Below, in pieces: positions 20,591 to 39,331 of a stretch of 64,000 bases of DNA. The stretch's first letter is position 1; every line of letters starts with the position of its first letter. Source of the stretch: Escherichia coli O157:H7 (GTDB lineage: Bacteria > Pseudomonadota > Gammaproteobacteria > Enterobacterales > Enterobacteriaceae); the NCBI GenBank assembly GCA_013403045.1, contig GCA_013403045.1_3037.1; one strand, written 5' to 3'. Under the pieces are notes generated by a model. That model ran no database searches and was not told the origin of the DNA. It was given only the letters and a program-made list of their open reading frames with translations. A program made the position numbers and the translations under genes.

Positions 20591-21400
20591 TTAGAAACGA
20601 GATGCGACTTTCGCATATACACTTACAATATCTTCTGCACCTTGTGCAGATTTATCTTCTACAGCTTCAGTGACGAAATTCAGTCCGGCTGCTTCAGTAT
20701 CAGGAGTATTTATACTCTCAGTAATAGTGCTTTCATCTTTATTAGATTTCTTCACCATTTCTACTATGGCACTCAATTTGCTTGAGAATGCATCTGAATA
20801 ATCAATACCTTCGACCAGAGCAGAGACTTTTTCTTTTTGAGACTCAGTCAGATCTTTAGTACTTTCGCTCAATGCCACTTCACGCTGCACATAATTGATA
20901 TATGCGTCACGCTTATTGAGTTCTTCGAACAGACGAGCTGATTCTTCTTTATGTTCTTGCAGTTCTTCTTCCATTTCAGCTACAACATCAACTGATTCTT
21001 CTGGAACAACAACGTTGTGTTCAACGAAGAGCTCTTTCAATCCACCAAGCATGGATTCAAACAGTTCGGCTTTGATACCTTTATCTACTGCTAATTTATT
21101 TTCAGTGAGCCATTCTTTTGCAAGATGGTCAAGGAATTTAGAAGCTTGCTCAGCGATTTTCTTCTCAGCTTTTTCTTCTGCTTCTTCTTTATTTTTTTCT
21201 ACTTCTTCTTCTGCTTTTTCAGCAATTTTAGCGATATGAGATTCAGCTAATTTAACGGCGTGCTGCTTGACGGTAGCTTCGAATACAGTGCCGAAAGTTT
21301 CTTTTGCTTCCGGAGAAATATTAACTGATTCGAAAATACTATCAAGAGCAACGGAAGCATCAATTTTCTGCGCTTCGGCAATCAGTTGTTCTTTAAGCAT
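20591..21400 (-). CDS. 22: prohead core scaffold protein gp22
   Basis: 269 aa, Glu/Lys-rich coiled-coil; synteny. Confidence 0.9.
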   Translation of the reverse strand: MLKEQLIAEAQKIDASVALDSIFESVNISPEAKETFGTVFEATVKQHAVKLAESHIAKIAEKAEEEVEKNKEEAEEKAEKKIAEQASKFLDHLAKEWLTENKLAVDKGIKAELFESMLGGLKELFVEHNVVVPEESVDVVAEMEEELQEHKEESARLFEELNKRDAYINYVQREVALSESTKDLTESQKEKVSALVEGIDYSDAFSSKLSAIVEMVKKSNKDESTITESINTPDTEAAGLNFVTEAVEDKSAQGAEDIVSVYAKVASRF

Positions 21401-21427
21401 TTTGTAGTCCTGTTGTTTAGATAATAA

Positions 21428-21435
21428 TATTTATA
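21428..21435 (-). promoter_or_regulatory. late promoter (TATAAATA) for gene 22
   Basis: TATTTATA on the plus strand overlapping the gene 21 stop, about 30 nt upstream of gene 22. Confidence 0.55.
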
Positions 21436-22069
21436 ACGCTTTTTTCATGGCCTCTGCGAGAGCCATATAGGCGTCATCGGCACTTGTATCGGCTTCCGCC
21501 GTCTGTGATTCTGTAATTTCCTTAGGAGTTACCCATGCATCTGGAGCACTTGGACCCCATACTGCATCAACACCTACAGTTAATTTGAATCCTTCGTTTA
21601 CGATACGATAACCTTTATTTGTGTCAGTCAATGAACCTAATCCACGAGAAGAAACTCCTGGAATCCATCCGGCACGAATATTAGCTGCTAATTTATCTCC
21701 AGGACCATGGTCACCTTCAATAACACGAGCTCGTCCGTATACGTCATTTCCTTTCCACCACATATCTTCTATAATGATAGCGGCTTGCATCGGGTCAACA
21801 TTAGCGCGTGGAGGATGATTTAATTCTCCGAGAGCTTGTTTAGTTAAAACTTGCTCATTAATATAGTCTTTTACCGCTTTTTCTAATATACGTTTTGGAT
21901 AAAGACGTTTATTTCTATTGACGACTTCTGCTTGCATGAATATTCCTTCGATGTATAAACCAGGTTTTAAACCTAAGTCTTTCCCATCATGGGATTCAAG
22001 CATTGGCACACCATCAATAATTTCGCCAGGTTGACCCCAAGTTTCAATTAGCAATTGGGGTTCATTCAT
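21431..22069 (-). CDS. 21: prohead protease gp21
   Basis: 212 aa; synteny and length match T4 gp21. Confidence 0.9.
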   Translation of the reverse strand: MNEPQLLIETWGQPGEIIDGVPMLESHDGKDLGLKPGLYIEGIFMQAEVVNRNKRLYPKRILEKAVKDYINEQVLTKQALGELNHPPRANVDPMQAAIIIEDMWWKGNDVYGRARVIEGDHGPGDKLAANIRAGWIPGVSSRGLGSLTDTNKGYRIVNEGFKLTVGVDAVWGPSAPDAWVTPKEITESQTAEADTSADDAYMALAEAMKKAL

Positions 22070-22494
22070 TAGCTTAATCCTAATGCTTTACGGCGTTTAA
22101 GAGCTTTTTTACGCTTACGCTGAGCACGAGATTGACCTGCTGGATTGGCAATCTTCGTTTTGGTAGCTTTACGAGCAATTTGTCTACGTTTTGCTTTAGA
22201 CAACCCGGTAGTTTGAAATGCATTACGTTCGCGGGTTTTGCGATCTTTAGTGCGAGTAATTTCACCACGGGCAGAAACATGTTTAACGATAAATTCATTT
22301 AACGGCATATTTTCATTAATAGAAGCTAATGCAACCGCTAAATCAGTTTCATCATCAAGCATATTCTCGATAATTTTATTTATATCGTCTTTATTTAAAG
22401 CAGAAGACAACTCGTCAAAGCGACCCTGTGCTTCAGGAATAAGTGCTTCGACATTCTCGAGAACTAATTCATGAGTTTCAGGGATTAGAATCAT
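22069..22494 (-). CDS. 68: prohead core protein gp68
   Basis: 141 aa; synteny. Confidence 0.8.
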   Translation of the reverse strand: MILIPETHELVLENVEALIPEAQGRFDELSSALNKDDINKIIENMLDDETDLAVALASINENMPLNEFIVKHVSARGEITRTKDRKTRERNAFQTTGLSKAKRRQIARKATKTKIANPAGQSRAQRKRKKALKRRKALGLS

Positions 22495-22729
22495 TATTCA
22501 TCATCCTCGTCTTCATCAGAGTCTTTGTCTTTTTTGTCGTCTTTATCATCATCGCTATCTTCGTCGTCATCCTCGTCATCAGGTTCTTCACCCTCGATTA
22601 AGAAATTACGAGCGATAGTGATTTTTTCTTCTTTGATTAAATCAGTCGTTCTTGCAGCCATGGCTTCAGCAAATAATTTACGAGCGGCTACGAGGTCGTT
22701 TGATTTAATAGCTTCAATTAAACCTTCCA

Positions 22730-22730
<1 letters not shown>
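22494..22730 (-). CDS. 67: prohead core protein gp67
   Basis: 78 aa with a poly-acidic C-terminus; synteny. Confidence 0.8.
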
Positions 22731-24355
<1,625 letters not shown>

Positions 24356-24387
24356 TTAAGCAGGATGGGGATTTCTCCCCATTCATT

Positions 24388-24879
24388 TTATTCCCAATAA
24401 TCGAGAGCAAGAGTTACTTCAAATGTTTGGATTTCATTGTTTGAATCCCAATCTAATTGAAGTTCACCCACGTTAGTAGGCCATAGACCTTTAATTTCAA
24501 TTTCTTTTGTTACTGTTTTAGCATCACGAGCATATTGACGAACAATAGCGCTCTTTTTATACTCTGCAGGTTTTCCACCAGTAATTTCGTTTCCTTGACC
24601 AGCAGCAATGCTTTGCCAATCAACAAACTTCTGACGAGCATCATGAGCTTCATCATTCATCACTGTAACAGTCCAATCATCGAATGTACGGTCTCCTGCT
24701 ACATTAATTTTACGGTTCATAAATCCGACTGGAATTTTTTCTACAATACCAGCTGGTAAAGCAGTAGCTTTACATTGGAACGTAAAATTTTGGCCAAGAT
24801 AAGAAATCTCTACTTGGAATAAGTTAGGTCGCGCAAAATCACCAGATTCAAACGCTCGTGTTACATCATCTACAAACAT
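24388..24879 (-). CDS. 19: tail tube protein gp19
   Basis: 163 aa; synteny. Confidence 0.9.
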   Translation of the reverse strand: MFVDDVTRAFESGDFARPNLFQVEISYLGQNFTFQCKATALPAGIVEKIPVGFMNRKINVAGDRTFDDWTVTVMNDEAHDARQKFVDWQSIAAGQGNEITGGKPAEYKKSAIVRQYARDAKTVTKEIEIKGLWPTNVGELQLDWDSNNEIQTFEVTLALDYWE

Positions 24880-24893
24880 ATTAGCCTCTGTAG

Positions 24894-24960
24894 TATTTAT
24901 ATCCCTATGTTTAACCTAGGGCATATAGAATTAAAGAATTAAGGATATAGTGTATTTATA
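24894..24960 (-). promoter_or_regulatory. two tandem late promoter motifs upstream of gene 19
   Basis: TATTTATA at about 24894-24901 and 24953-24960 on the plus strand, in the 18-19 intergenic region. Confidence 0.55.
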
Positions 24961-24961
24961 T

Positions 24962-24979
24962 GGCCTGTCGAAACAGGCC
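24962..24979 (-). terminator. hairpin (GGCCTGTTTCGACAGGCC) downstream of gene 18
   Basis: Perfect inverted repeat just after the gene 18 stop; flanking sequence is only moderately T-rich. Confidence 0.4.
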
Positions 24980-24995
24980 TTTAGAATGCACCGTA

Positions 24996-26975
24996 TTAAC
25001 CAGCAAGACCAGTTAACTCATCGAAATCTGCACCAGTAGCAGTCGCAACGAAGTTAAGCTGGATATAATTTATACTGCGCGCCGGTTGGATGTAGAATGT
25101 TGCAACAAATTCATTTCTATCAATTACTGACGGAGTGTTATTTGTTGTATCGCAAACTACACGATATTCATAAATTCCGCCAAGAGCTTTAATTCCTTGC
25201 AAGTACTGAGCAGTTTCTGTACGGAATGAAGAACGAGTAAACGCGTTGTTTAATTCGAACAAACGATATTTTGAACTACGTCCGATATTCGTTTTCAACA
25301 TATTAAACAGACGACGAACGTTAATACGATCAAATGGAGAAGGAACAGAAGTAGCTGTTTTATCACCATACAATACGTAACCATCACCACCTGTACCAGT
25401 TACTGGGTTGATAGCTTCTTGATATAAGCGGTCACGTTGTGCCTGGCGAGTTTCAATAGCAAGTTTAATAACGTTAAGAATCTGGCCACGATTATAACCA
25501 GCTGGTGACATCCAAGTCTGAGATACGTTATCAGTTCTTGCGCATAAACCAGCAATATCAGCTGCTAATGGAACCCAACGATTCACATCATTATATTTGT
25601 CATACTGATATTTGTAGTTACCATCAATTGCTGCGTAGGTTGAACTAATATTAAAGTTATTATCAGTATATGAACCTGCGGCAGTTCTCCAATTGACTAA
25701 GTTGTCAACAGCACGGGTTACAGGAATTCCAACTACAGTTTCACGCGGTGGTGAGCACAATACTAAGCAATCCTGGCGAGCATCACCAATTGAAACGACG
25801 TGTTTTTGGACAGTAGATGCTGTTTCCAAAGATTCACCGGCACAAGAACCCGCAATAAACAGTTGAACATCAACGGATTCACGGTCAGCAAAGAAGTCCC
25901 AAGCTTCCATCAAATCTCCTGCTGTTACTTCAGCATTTGATGATAATCCACCAGAAAGAGTTAAAATTCCAGAGAATCCTTCTGGCCAGTTTTGTGCAGT
26001 TGCAAAAATATATTCTGAACCACCTTTTGCGAAAAAGTCATCGATATAGATGTTACTATCGTAAATATCTTTTTCACCACGCTTAGTTGAAAGAACAACG
26101 CTTTGAACAATAGCATCATTTCGACGAACTATAATAGCGTACTGTGAGTCAGTCTGCGGCCCATATCCAAATACTGCCTTGGCAGTAGATGCACGAGTAC
26201 CACCACCTGGATAAATTGGCAGTAATGCAGAAGCGCCTTTCGCATAGTCAGCTTTAGATACGATTTCAATTTCAATTTTATCGCCTAATTCGCCTGGATA
26301 GAGAGCTACTACTCCTGGAATTCCATATTTTTCAAGATTTGCCTGAAAATCAACTGCTGTCATAGCAGTTTCAGCGCTCTCGATTTCAGCTAATAAAATA
26401 CCGGAATCAGTAATAATTTTTCCAAGAGTTATTACTGCAGCTAAACCGGAAGAAGATGAAGAAATTTCTGCAGTCCAGTTAGAACCTAATGTTGGGTATT
26501 CGCCAACTTCTTTAGCTTTAGCAATAATTTTTGCAGTAGGAATATTAATTTTCTTAATTTTTCCATCTGCGTCTACTTCGGTAATTTTACCTTCAGTTTC
26601 AATATCATCTGAAACATATTTGACCGTGATTTTATCTCCAACTGCATAGTTACTACCCGGGGTAGAAATTGTGTATTCAATATTACCAGCAATTGGCGAT
26701 GAGTTTTTAGCGGTATCTCTATCAACAGCACGAACTACTCGTAAGTCATTTCCGTACTGCAAGAAATTCATCGCAGACATAAAATAGTCAGCAGTTTCAG
26801 CGGTTGGTTGACCAAAAGTATTAACTAAATCTACTTCATTTGTAACCTGTTTAATCTGAAAAGCAGGACCCCACTGGAATTTACCGGCCAAAGCTGCTGT
26901 ACCAGTAGAGTTATTAACCACGGTGCTTTGAACCGTAGTTTCTTTGAGCTCAATGCCCGGAGATAATAAAGTCAT
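24996..26975 (-). CDS. 18: tail sheath protein gp18
   Basis: 659 aa; synteny. Confidence 0.95.
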   Translation of the reverse strand: MTLLSPGIELKETTVQSTVVNNSTGTAALAGKFQWGPAFQIKQVTNEVDLVNTFGQPTAETADYFMSAMNFLQYGNDLRVVRAVDRDTAKNSSPIAGNIEYTISTPGSNYAVGDKITVKYVSDDIETEGKITEVDADGKIKKINIPTAKIIAKAKEVGEYPTLGSNWTAEISSSSSGLAAVITLGKIITDSGILLAEIESAETAMTAVDFQANLEKYGIPGVVALYPGELGDKIEIEIVSKADYAKGASALLPIYPGGGTRASTAKAVFGYGPQTDSQYAIIVRRNDAIVQSVVLSTKRGEKDIYDSNIYIDDFFAKGGSEYIFATAQNWPEGFSGILTLSGGLSSNAEVTAGDLMEAWDFFADRESVDVQLFIAGSCAGESLETASTVQKHVVSIGDARQDCLVLCSPPRETVVGIPVTRAVDNLVNWRTAAGSYTDNNFNISSTYAAIDGNYKYQYDKYNDVNRWVPLAADIAGLCARTDNVSQTWMSPAGYNRGQILNVIKLAIETRQAQRDRLYQEAINPVTGTGGDGYVLYGDKTATSVPSPFDRINVRRLFNMLKTNIGRSSKYRLFELNNAFTRSSFRTETAQYLQGIKALGGIYEYRVVCDTTNNTPSVIDRNEFVATFYIQPARSINYIQLNFVATATGADFDELTGLAG

Positions 26976-27003
26976 TTTTAATCCTCTTTAATATGCTTTA
27001 ATA

Positions 27004-30144
<3,141 letters not shown>

Positions 30145-30185
30145 GATTTCTCCTAATCTGGGCTTTAATTAGTTTATAATATTTA

Positions 30186-31887
<1,702 letters not shown>

Positions 31888-31893
31888 TTAAAA

Positions 31894-31909
31894 TCCTTTG
31901 GGGCCTTGC
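31894..31909 (-). other. GC-rich hairpin (GGGGCC-GCAA-GGCCCC) between wac and gene 13
   Basis: Perfect 6-bp stem with a 4-nt loop directly downstream of wac and adjacent to the gene 13 ribosome-binding site. Confidence 0.45.
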
Positions 31910-31918
31910 GGCCCCATG

Positions 31919-33376
31919 TTATGCTGGTGATAAAAAGGTAGAAAGTAATACCCATTCGCCGTCTTTACGAACGTAAGCTTGACCATCTTTTGGAGCTTCA
32001 GGAATATAACCAGCTTCTTGTAAAGTCTGGACATCCCTCTGCAATGAGGACACATTACCTTTAATACTACGAATCTCTTGATTAATTGAAGAAATGTTAG
32101 TCTCATTAGCTTTTATTGAATTAGTCAATCCGCGTTCTTCGACAGTTGAACCATTCGGATTTGTTCCATTTACTAATTTATTTAGTGTTACAACTTGCCC
32201 TTTAATTCCGGAATTGTTATTACCAATTTCAACCTGTAAGTTTTGAACATCATTGTTAAGTCTATTAACAGAGGTTTCAACAGTTGAAACTCTATTTAAA
32301 AGAGACCCCGGAGGAGAAGGTTGACCTCCGCTAGAATCAGTTCCAACTATCTGATTTAGCCATGAAACGTTAGCTCTTAAACCGGACGAGGTGTTTTCAC
32401 CTACAATTCCATTTAAAGATTCAATAGAAGTGGTATTATCTTTAATTTGACCTTTAATACTAGAAGGAATATCATCTGAACCAATCGATGTTTCAATAAC
32501 AGTTAATCGCTGTTTAACGCCGCCACTTTTATTTAGTTCATCATTTAAAGCTGAAATTTCTTGACTGTTGACATTGACATCTGTGATTATTGAAGTATTT
32601 CCTGGATATCCAATAGAAGTTTTGATAGATTTAATTTCGGAACTAAGATTAATTTGAGATTGATCTAAATTATGCACACGTGAATATATGCTTTCACTAA
32701 ATGAAGATGGTCTTTGTCCAAGTTCTTGTCTAAGATTTCCGACTTCAATTGTCAGTGAACCTACATCAGATTCAATAAATTTTTCTTCCAAATCACTTAG
32801 ACGTATTCCTTGGGAAGTTATAGCATCTGTATTATTAATGATACGGTGCTTCATACCCGTGCTGCTATTTCCTACAACAGGAAGACCGTTAATGTCTTGC
32901 CCAGCATATTGTCCTAATTCCCTTTTAATCCATAACAAATCATTTCTAATCGTTCTATAAACTGAATTTGCTTGCGAATTAAATGGACCAATGTCAGCAA
33001 GAATGCTATCGACAGTATTATTAGTTCCATTTAATATTTCGGTATGTTCACTCGTAAGCGTTTTAAGATCAGTGATATCCTTTTTATTGATACTTATTTG
33101 CGATAAAGCTTCTATATCACCAGATACATCTAAGATACCCTGAATGGTTTTAATATCTTCCTGGGATGTTTCTAATGCTGTTTTAAGAATTCCTATATTT
33201 TCGTCAAGAACCTCAACATTTTTAAACACGGAAACAGTTGGTCTATTCATTGATCCATCGTTTCCATACTTAGTACTAGCTCCTAATATTTCTTCACCAT
33301 TTTTAATCCATGAAATACGCTCCTGACCTTCGCCAGGAACGCTATCAACAAAAGGTAACTCTTTTAATTCAATCAT
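31919..33376 (-). CDS. wac: fibritin (whisker) Wac
   Basis: 485 aa; C-terminal [27 protein letters not shown] foldon sequence. Confidence 0.9.
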   Translation of the reverse strand: MIELKELPFVDSVPGEGQERISWIKNGEEILGASTKYGNDGSMNRPTVSVFKNVEVLDENIGILKTALETSQEDIKTIQGILDVSGDIEALSQISINKKDITDLKTLTSEHTEILNGTNNTVDSILADIGPFNSQANSVYRTIRNDLLWIKRELGQYAGQDINGLPVVGNSSTGMKHRIINNTDAITSQGIRLSDLEEKFIESDVGSLTIEVGNLRQELGQRPSSFSESIYSRVHNLDQSQINLSSEIKSIKTSIGYPGNTSIITDVNVNSQEISALNDELNKSGGVKQRLTVIETSIGSDDIPSSIKGQIKDNTTSIESLNGIVGENTSSGLRANVSWLNQIVGTDSSGGQPSPPGSLLNRVSTVETSVNRLNNDVQNLQVEIGNNNSGIKGQVVTLNKLVNGTNPNGSTVEERGLTNSIKANETNISSINQEIRSIKGNVSSLQRDVQTLQEAGYIPEAPKDGQAYVRKDGEWVLLSTFLSPA

Positions 33377-33385
33377 TTGTAATCC

Positions 33386-34936
33386 TTAGTAATGAATTTT
33401 AATAATATAGTTTAATGATATATTCCATGGTCTAGTTTCATAACCAATTAATCCTTCACGATTAAGTGTACCAAGGGCATCTCTCGGTCCACCCAATTCA
33501 AATCCATCATTAGTGAAGTATGAAGCATTATCCCAGTCGGAATATTTTCTAGTTCCAAGATATCCTTGATAAACGGACGCGCCAAATGGACCTTCACTTC
33601 TGTTATATTCCCCCCAACCACCAGCGTGTTTATGGTATGACATTTGTTGTGCTTGAACGCCACCAACATGCATTCCGTCACATCCTACACCAAGTCTATC
33701 CTTCCCATAACCATCTTGTCCACGTTGATTTAAAATATGACCGCCCGTGCCAGCTCCTCTAACAAAAAGACCTCTCATATCAGGAATGCCAGGGTTATTC
33801 CAATCACCACCAAATCTTGTTCCAACTGTGTTTCTATAATCAGGATATTGATCTCCTGACACTGTTCCACCGTGGCACATAATCCAACCCGGAGGTGCTG
33901 AATCACCCGCAAACATCATAATAGTTCCAACTGGAACTCTTTCGGACGCATATCTTTCAGTGGCAACAGGTTGATCGCCATTTTTCCACATTCCGCCGCG
34001 CGACCAAATTCCGTTTGCTGTAAGATGGTCTAAATTTAAAGAACCATTAATAGTTTGTCCACCGCGAGTATTAATTACATCTGCGTTCCATGCTAATGCT
34101 CCAGAGCTATCACCTTCGGGGGCAATACCGGCCTGCGTCGTTAATTTGACGACTCCACGCATAGAACCAGTAGCTCCTCGACCATTTAGTGTTTCACCTG
34201 TTACTGCAACATCTCCTAAATTACTGTTAATTTCCGATTGTGTTCCTAAACGTATAACACCCTTATATTCTTGTGTTGCAACAGAATTCATAAAGGTATA
34301 TGGAGAAATTGCATATCCTTCGCGGAGAGTTCCTTGACGAGTTTGCGCAACAGTAGATAATTGAACTACACCTCTCACAGATTCTGATGCAGTATCTTCG
34401 GAAGGAGCTATTTGCGAAATTAATTTTATTGCAAGTTTTTGTGTTTTTAGCGGAGTCATTGCCGTAGTATCATCTACTCCAGCTAAAGCTGCAGGTGTAG
34501 ATGATATTTTAATAACCCCGTTTGATGACTCAGACGAATATCTATTTTGGAACACATCGTCAGTATGGTATTTCAGTTTTTGCGGCGTTATTGATGAATT
34601 ATTATCTGAGCCTTCTAATGTTTCTTCATTTGTTGAATAGCGCGTTAAACCATACTTAGTTTCAGTAGCATTTGGATACAATAATCTTGTTGCTAATGTA
34701 GCTGGTGTAACGATTTTAGAATTATTAGTTCCATCTAAAACCTCTTGCTCTGACGCAATCATTGCTATTCCTTTAACTTCCATAGTTGCATCAGGAATAC
34801 CATTTACGCCGATATTACTTATTTTTGATAATGCAGACTGCACTGTCGTGACAGTGTCAGGAAAATTCGATCCAGTAGGATCGAATTTAACATATTTTGA
34901 TTCATTTGATACGTGCTGATATGTATTGTTACTCAT
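33386..34936 (-). CDS. 12: short tail fiber gp12
   Basis: 516 aa; synteny. Confidence 0.9.
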   Translation of the reverse strand: MSNNTYQHVSNESKYVKFDPTGSNFPDTVTTVQSALSKISNIGVNGIPDATMEVKGIAMIASEQEVLDGTNNSKIVTPATLATRLLYPNATETKYGLTRYSTNEETLEGSDNNSSITPQKLKYHTDDVFQNRYSSESSNGVIKISSTPAALAGVDDTTAMTPLKTQKLAIKLISQIAPSEDTASESVRGVVQLSTVAQTRQGTLREGYAISPYTFMNSVATQEYKGVIRLGTQSEINSNLGDVAVTGETLNGRGATGSMRGVVKLTTQAGIAPEGDSSGALAWNADVINTRGGQTINGSLNLDHLTANGIWSRGGMWKNGDQPVATERYASERVPVGTIMMFAGDSAPPGWIMCHGGTVSGDQYPDYRNTVGTRFGGDWNNPGIPDMRGLFVRGAGTGGHILNQRGQDGYGKDRLGVGCDGMHVGGVQAQQMSYHKHAGGWGEYNRSEGPFGASVYQGYLGTRKYSDWDNASYFTNDGFELGGPRDALGTLNREGLIGYETRPWNISLNYIIKIHY

Positions 34937-35610
34937 GCTATTCTCTCAAAATAATAAAATACCGTAGGTTGTGTGTGACTATCTAGCGTAACAGTTTGCG
35001 CACCTAATAATTGCCAAGTTCCGTATCCGGGTTTAGAAGGAGAAATTATTTCTTGTTTGAAAGTAATTCCTTTATCAGAGTATTGTTCTAAGATATGTTC
35101 TTGGTTATCTAAATACTTAACTTGTATTTTATTTCCTATGGTAGGATGGTCTTCAAATGAATCAATTGCAATAAATTTTGCAACCATTTCCTGCAGAGCT
35201 GTTCTAACGGCACTGGTAAATTCGATTGAAGTCATTCCATTAGTAGCTTTAACTGGAATACCAAACATGTTAACAATAACTGTGTCACCTGGTTTGGCTG
35301 AAGTATCATTGACAGTTCCTTCAAATGACCAGTAGTCTGTTTGTTGCACTCCAGTAGGAGATACGCCGCTTATATTAACTAATACAGCTCCAACCTGTTG
35401 CTCTGCCATATTTCTAACATCATTAATAGCAGATTCTACATTTGGGTCATAAAAACCTTTTGCTATTTGTGAAATTGTTACAGCACCTACTGGCTGATTA
35501 TTCATAACCGAAATATCATTTTTCTTAGTTCTAAAACCAAGAAAATCTGCTAAGCGGGAAATAACTCCCGCTTTATTATTAAGTAAACTCATTATGCAAT
35601 CCTTATCCAA
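34933..35610 (-). CDS. 11: baseplate wedge / short tail fiber attachment protein gp11
   Basis: 225 aa; synteny. Confidence 0.9.
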   Translation of the reverse strand: MDKDCIMSLLNNKAGVISRLADFLGFRTKKNDISVMNNQPVGAVTISQIAKGFYDPNVESAINDVRNMAEQQVGAVLVNISGVSPTGVQQTDYWSFEGTVNDTSAKPGDTVIVNMFGIPVKATNGMTSIEFTSAVRTALQEMVAKFIAIDSFEDHPTIGNKIQVKYLDNQEHILEQYSDKGITFKQEIISPSKPGYGTWQLLGAQTVTLDSHTQPTVFYYFERIA

Positions 35611-37397
35611 CGGTATACAGTAATAGACGGTTGAATATTACTAATATTAGCAGGAGGAGTATGTGAAGAGTTTGTTGTTGCGTAGTCTTCACGATATTTT
35701 GTATATATAGGACCAGTTTCATCTGGGTCATATTGGCAACCTCCAATAATAACCGATCCATTTTCGTCTTCAATTAAAACTCTTTCGTCGGTTTTAGTTG
35801 CAGGAAGATTTGCGTTTTCAAGCGTTACTGATGTTGTACCAACTGTTCCACCGGCGGTATGTGAAGGATTTCCGCTAGAATCTAAATCATTATTGTTTAA
35901 TGCAAAGTTTGGATCTGTAACATCATCATTCCATCCTACTAAAACCTGCCCTTTACCAAATAATTTCCATGAACCAAATCCCATATAAGTCACCGGATTA
36001 TTTGGGTTTATAGCATTTTCATAAATTGAACCAACAGGATAAATGCTGTCGAAAATAGATGATATTGAATTATACGTTCTAGTATAAGAATCAACTTTTT
36101 CAACATTTGGCCAACCGATTTTATCAAAATCTGTTAAGGCCACATCACCAGTAACTTCAGTAGATGATCCTTTACTAACATAACGGTCATCAGTCAATTC
36201 AATGATGTCATCTTTTTCTAAAAGAGTTCCTAAATCATTATTGAACCATGTTATAACGATAATGTCACCGGATTCAAATTTTCTATCAAATAAAAGACTG
36301 ATAGGTTTTCCGTCTTCATACTCTATAGAATAATCGGTGTTTGATTCTTTCCATTCGCCACCAAGAGATATACATCCTTCTTGCGTATCTGAATTAGCGC
36401 CTTCACACAAAAACAGAGGATATCCAGCTGTTCCAGCCTGCTGCTGCAAAATTCCATTAAAACGAACCTCAAGAGAGTTAGGATTAATGGGTTCACCAGG
36501 AATTAATCCAAATGCAGAAAATGGAATTGATTTCATCGCTGATAAATCAGTAACATAAATGCTTCCTTCTAAAGAAGTCTTTGATGTTAGTTTTGAATCC
36601 AGTACTTTTATTTGGCGTCTTGTATATGAACTTCTCCATTGTGATACACCATCCATAAATGTTTCAATTTGAACAGTGTCACCAATATTACAAGGCTGTC
36701 TTAATCGAATGTTAAATCCATCAAGAGGAACTAATTCGCCTTCATTTTCTCCAGGAGAGCCAAAGTCACTGTTTTCGCTAAATACATCGCCGTAATACAA
36801 TTCGTTACCACGATGTTTTACTCTGATGTTATTGACATTATAACTAGTTCCATTAAAAACATCTAAAAAGTCTGTTTGCCCTTGAACTTCGACTAAAAAT
36901 TCTTTACGAGCTACATTACTAATGTCTGAACTGATAATTTTATCAATTTGCTTATTTTTGACATACTCCCAGCGTCCTGGAGCGCAATAAACGAGTTCTA
37001 AATCACTAAATTGAATATTAATTTCAACTGACGATGACGACCCTTTAATTGTATCTCCAGAAGCAGCTACTAAAGTAACTGGATTGATGTTCCATGTAGC
37101 GAATACGTCTCTAGCTCTAATTACCTTGTTGTAATCATTAACAGTTCCTTTAGGAAGTTGTAGAGTTACTCTTCCAGACGAAGTATTAATGGCATATGAT
37201 TTTCCCCATTCTGCCGTTAGTGTTTGTCCAGATGAAGCATTATAAGTTTTCCAGGCACCGGCTGAATATGGAACATCTCCATCACCAAGTTCATAATAAA
37301 GTTCATCAAAGTTTTCATTTATTTTTATACCACCTTTACGCAGGTAGTCACCGGTACCATCATCAACAACATTACCGATATTAATATTTTGTTTCAT
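35592..37397 (-). CDS. 10: baseplate wedge protein gp10
   Basis: 601 aa; synteny. Confidence 0.9.
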   Translation of the reverse strand: MKQNINIGNVVDDGTGDYLRKGGIKINENFDELYYELGDGDVPYSAGAWKTYNASSGQTLTAEWGKSYAINTSSGRVTLQLPKGTVNDYNKVIRARDVFATWNINPVTLVAASGDTIKGSSSSVEINIQFSDLELVYCAPGRWEYVKNKQIDKIISSDISNVARKEFLVEVQGQTDFLDVFNGTSYNVNNIRVKHRGNELYYGDVFSENSDFGSPGENEGELVPLDGFNIRLRQPCNIGDTVQIETFMDGVSQWRSSYTRRQIKVLDSKLTSKTSLEGSIYVTDLSAMKSIPFSAFGLIPGEPINPNSLEVRFNGILQQQAGTAGYPLFLCEGANSDTQEGCISLGGEWKESNTDYSIEYEDGKPISLLFDRKFESGDIIVITWFNNDLGTLLEKDDIIELTDDRYVSKGSSTEVTGDVALTDFDKIGWPNVEKVDSYTRTYNSISSIFDSIYPVGSIYENAINPNNPVTYMGFGSWKLFGKGQVLVGWNDDVTDPNFALNNNDLDSSGNPSHTAGGTVGTTSVTLENANLPATKTDERVLIEDENGSVIIGGCQYDPDETGPIYTKYREDYATTNSSHTPPANISNIQPSITVYRWIRIA

Positions 37398-38263
37398 TAT
37401 TGAGCCACCCCGATTTTCTGCGTAGCGATAACTTTAACTGCTGCTCTCATACCGACAGTTGAAGAACTTATAGTCGCCGTTACATAATTTTCTTTAATAC
37501 TAAATGCAATATTAGCGATTTCGTCTTCTTCAGTTTCATTCCCAACCCGCATGACAGCATATTCAGAAGAAATGACCGTTGAATTAACAGTATCTACAAG
37601 AATATTTATTTCTGCCGTTTTAATTTTTCTTCCATCTACCGATTGACAAGTAACTAGCAATTTAGCCATATTGTATTCAGTACGATGAAATAATGGAATG
37701 TCAACTGATCCAGATGTAGAAATATTCCATGTACCTTCGGCCGGTGATTCCTTTTGGCCAAACATACTTTCAATAGAATAATTCCAAACTGACGTAGAAT
37801 TATCAGATGAAATACAGCGCAAAGTTACTTTACTATATGGGCTAGTTACTACCAAATTACCCGAAACACCTTTAATTGAATCAATGGCTTGAATTGTTAA
37901 AGGATTAGTAACTGATATCGATCCATTAGAATTAATGAATTCAACACAGTCACCGAGTTCTCCTCTTTCAATGATAACTTTAACACCAACAGTAGAGGTA
38001 TCAATATCATGCCTAGTACCAACTTTCACCGGAGTTGCGTACTCTGTGATAGAATGCTTTTGATAATATCCAGTAGCATGGATAATTTGGCCGTCAGCAC
38101 CAGTACCATTTGCTACTGCCATTTTACGCTGATCGCCAAACGCATTATAAATTGCGTTAAAATCACTATTAATTTTATTACCACCGTCGAATAAGATATC
38201 ACCAGTAGAAGCGTTACCAATTTCGCCGGTATCAATCAATTTCTTTGGTTCTTGAATGAACAT
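37397..38263 (-). CDS. 9: baseplate wedge / long tail fiber socket protein gp9
   Basis: 288 aa; synteny. Confidence 0.9.
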   Translation of the reverse strand: MFIQEPKKLIDTGEIGNASTGDILFDGGNKINSDFNAIYNAFGDQRKMAVANGTGADGQIIHATGYYQKHSITEYATPVKVGTRHDIDTSTVGVKVIIERGELGDCVEFINSNGSISVTNPLTIQAIDSIKGVSGNLVVTSPYSKVTLRCISSDNSTSVWNYSIESMFGQKESPAEGTWNISTSGSVDIPLFHRTEYNMAKLLVTCQSVDGRKIKTAEINILVDTVNSTVISSEYAVMRVGNETEEDEIANIAFSIKENYVTATISSSTVGMRAAVKVIATQKIGVAQ

Positions 38264-38287
38264 AGCAGTTTCCTTATGAGTTTATAG

Positions 38288-38295
38288 TATTTATA
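38288..38295 (-). promoter_or_regulatory. late promoter (TATAAATA) for gene 9
   Basis: TATTTATA on the plus strand about 25 nt upstream of the gene 9 start. Confidence 0.6.
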
Positions 38296-38302
38296 AAGAA
38301 AA

Positions 38303-38321
38303 AGGGAGCCCATGGGCTCCC
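38303..38321 (-). terminator. rho-independent terminator after gene 8
   Basis: AGGGAGCCC-A-TGGGCTCCCT palindrome followed by TTTTTCTTTAT on the transcribed strand. Confidence 0.7.
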
Positions 38322-38326
38322 TTAAT

Positions 38327-39331
38327 TTAAAATGTAAACAGAATATTGATTTCTTCTGTTTGATCCATTGCCATAATAATAGGTGGCCTATTTTCCATAT
38401 AAATCATTTCGCCCGAATGCCTCATTAAATCTTCCGGATCATAGTAATCCTTTTCAGCTTTAACGTTTGGGTCATTTGGATGAACTTTAGCTTCAAGAGG
38501 ATTCGTGATTATCGATATTTGTCTAAATCCTTTATTTCCTGGCAATGCAGCTTCAGGAAAATAAACTGAATCTAAGTATGCTTTAAAACGAATAGTATTT
38601 GCCTTAACCCGGTAAATTAATCCAAAATCATCTTGCTGCCAAGTGAGATTATCTTCATACCCCCATCTAGTCGGGTCTTCTTTTAATTCCTCAGGCCAAG
38701 GAACTACGATATATTCATTCGTACATCTATTTATAGATACATCAGGCGGAATCTCAAATAGATATTCCCATACATACCCGTCTCCAGGTTCGATTGTTCC
38801 TTCCGCGTCTCCTCGACCTTCAGGAGGAGTCATTGACCTAACAGAAGGAGTCCATTTTCCACCTAGCTTAAGGCATTCATCCTTATTAGTTAAAGACTCA
38901 ATTGAGCACATTCCAGTATCAGGAACATCTAAACAACGATATACTAACCAGCCTGCGCCTGATTCGGTAGCGTTGTAAGGAGCTGAGTTACACACTACAA
39001 TATCGTTAATTCTAAATGTGTATGGATCCGGATATCTAGTATCTCCCCAATCTCGACGAGGAATAACTGCATCAAGCATAGATGGAAGAACCTTCACGGT
39101 TCCCATCATATGAGTCCACATGTCAGTTACACCTAACACAGAATCGGTGGGATAAGGTGGGGCAAATCCCACCTCATTTTCGTTTGATGACCACGGTTCT
39201 GATCTTCCAAATGTAATAAAGATAGTGTTTTTATCCGGACCACTTCCAATTGAATTATAAAAATTCAACATTTTTTCTGTTCTAAATTTTGAAGTAACTA
39301 TCGCACGATAGATAACACTTGAATCATTCAT
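38327..39331 (-). CDS. 8: baseplate wedge protein gp8
   Basis: 334 aa; synteny. Confidence 0.9.
   Translation of the reverse strand: MNDSSVIYRAIVTSKFRTEKMLNFYNSIGSGPDKNTIFITFGRSEPWSSNENEVGFAPPYPTDSVLGVTDMWTHMMGTVKVLPSMLDAVIPRRDWGDTRYPDPYTFRINDIVVCNSAPYNATESGAGWLVYRCLDVPDTGMCSIESLTNKDECLKLGGKWTPSVRSMTPPEGRGDAEGTIEPGDGYVWEYLFEIPPDVSINRCTNEYIVVPWPEELKEDPTRWGYEDNLTWQQDDFGLIYRVKANTIRFKAYLDSVYFPEAALPGNKGFRQISIITNPLEAKVHPNDPNVKAEKDYYDPEDLMRHSGEMIYMENRPPIIMAMDQTEEINILFTF

Noticed and set aside
31888-32106. 72-aa minus-strand ORF overlapping the 3' end of wac
   Set aside because: Out of frame within fibritin, which has strong support including the C-terminal foldon; no independent signals.
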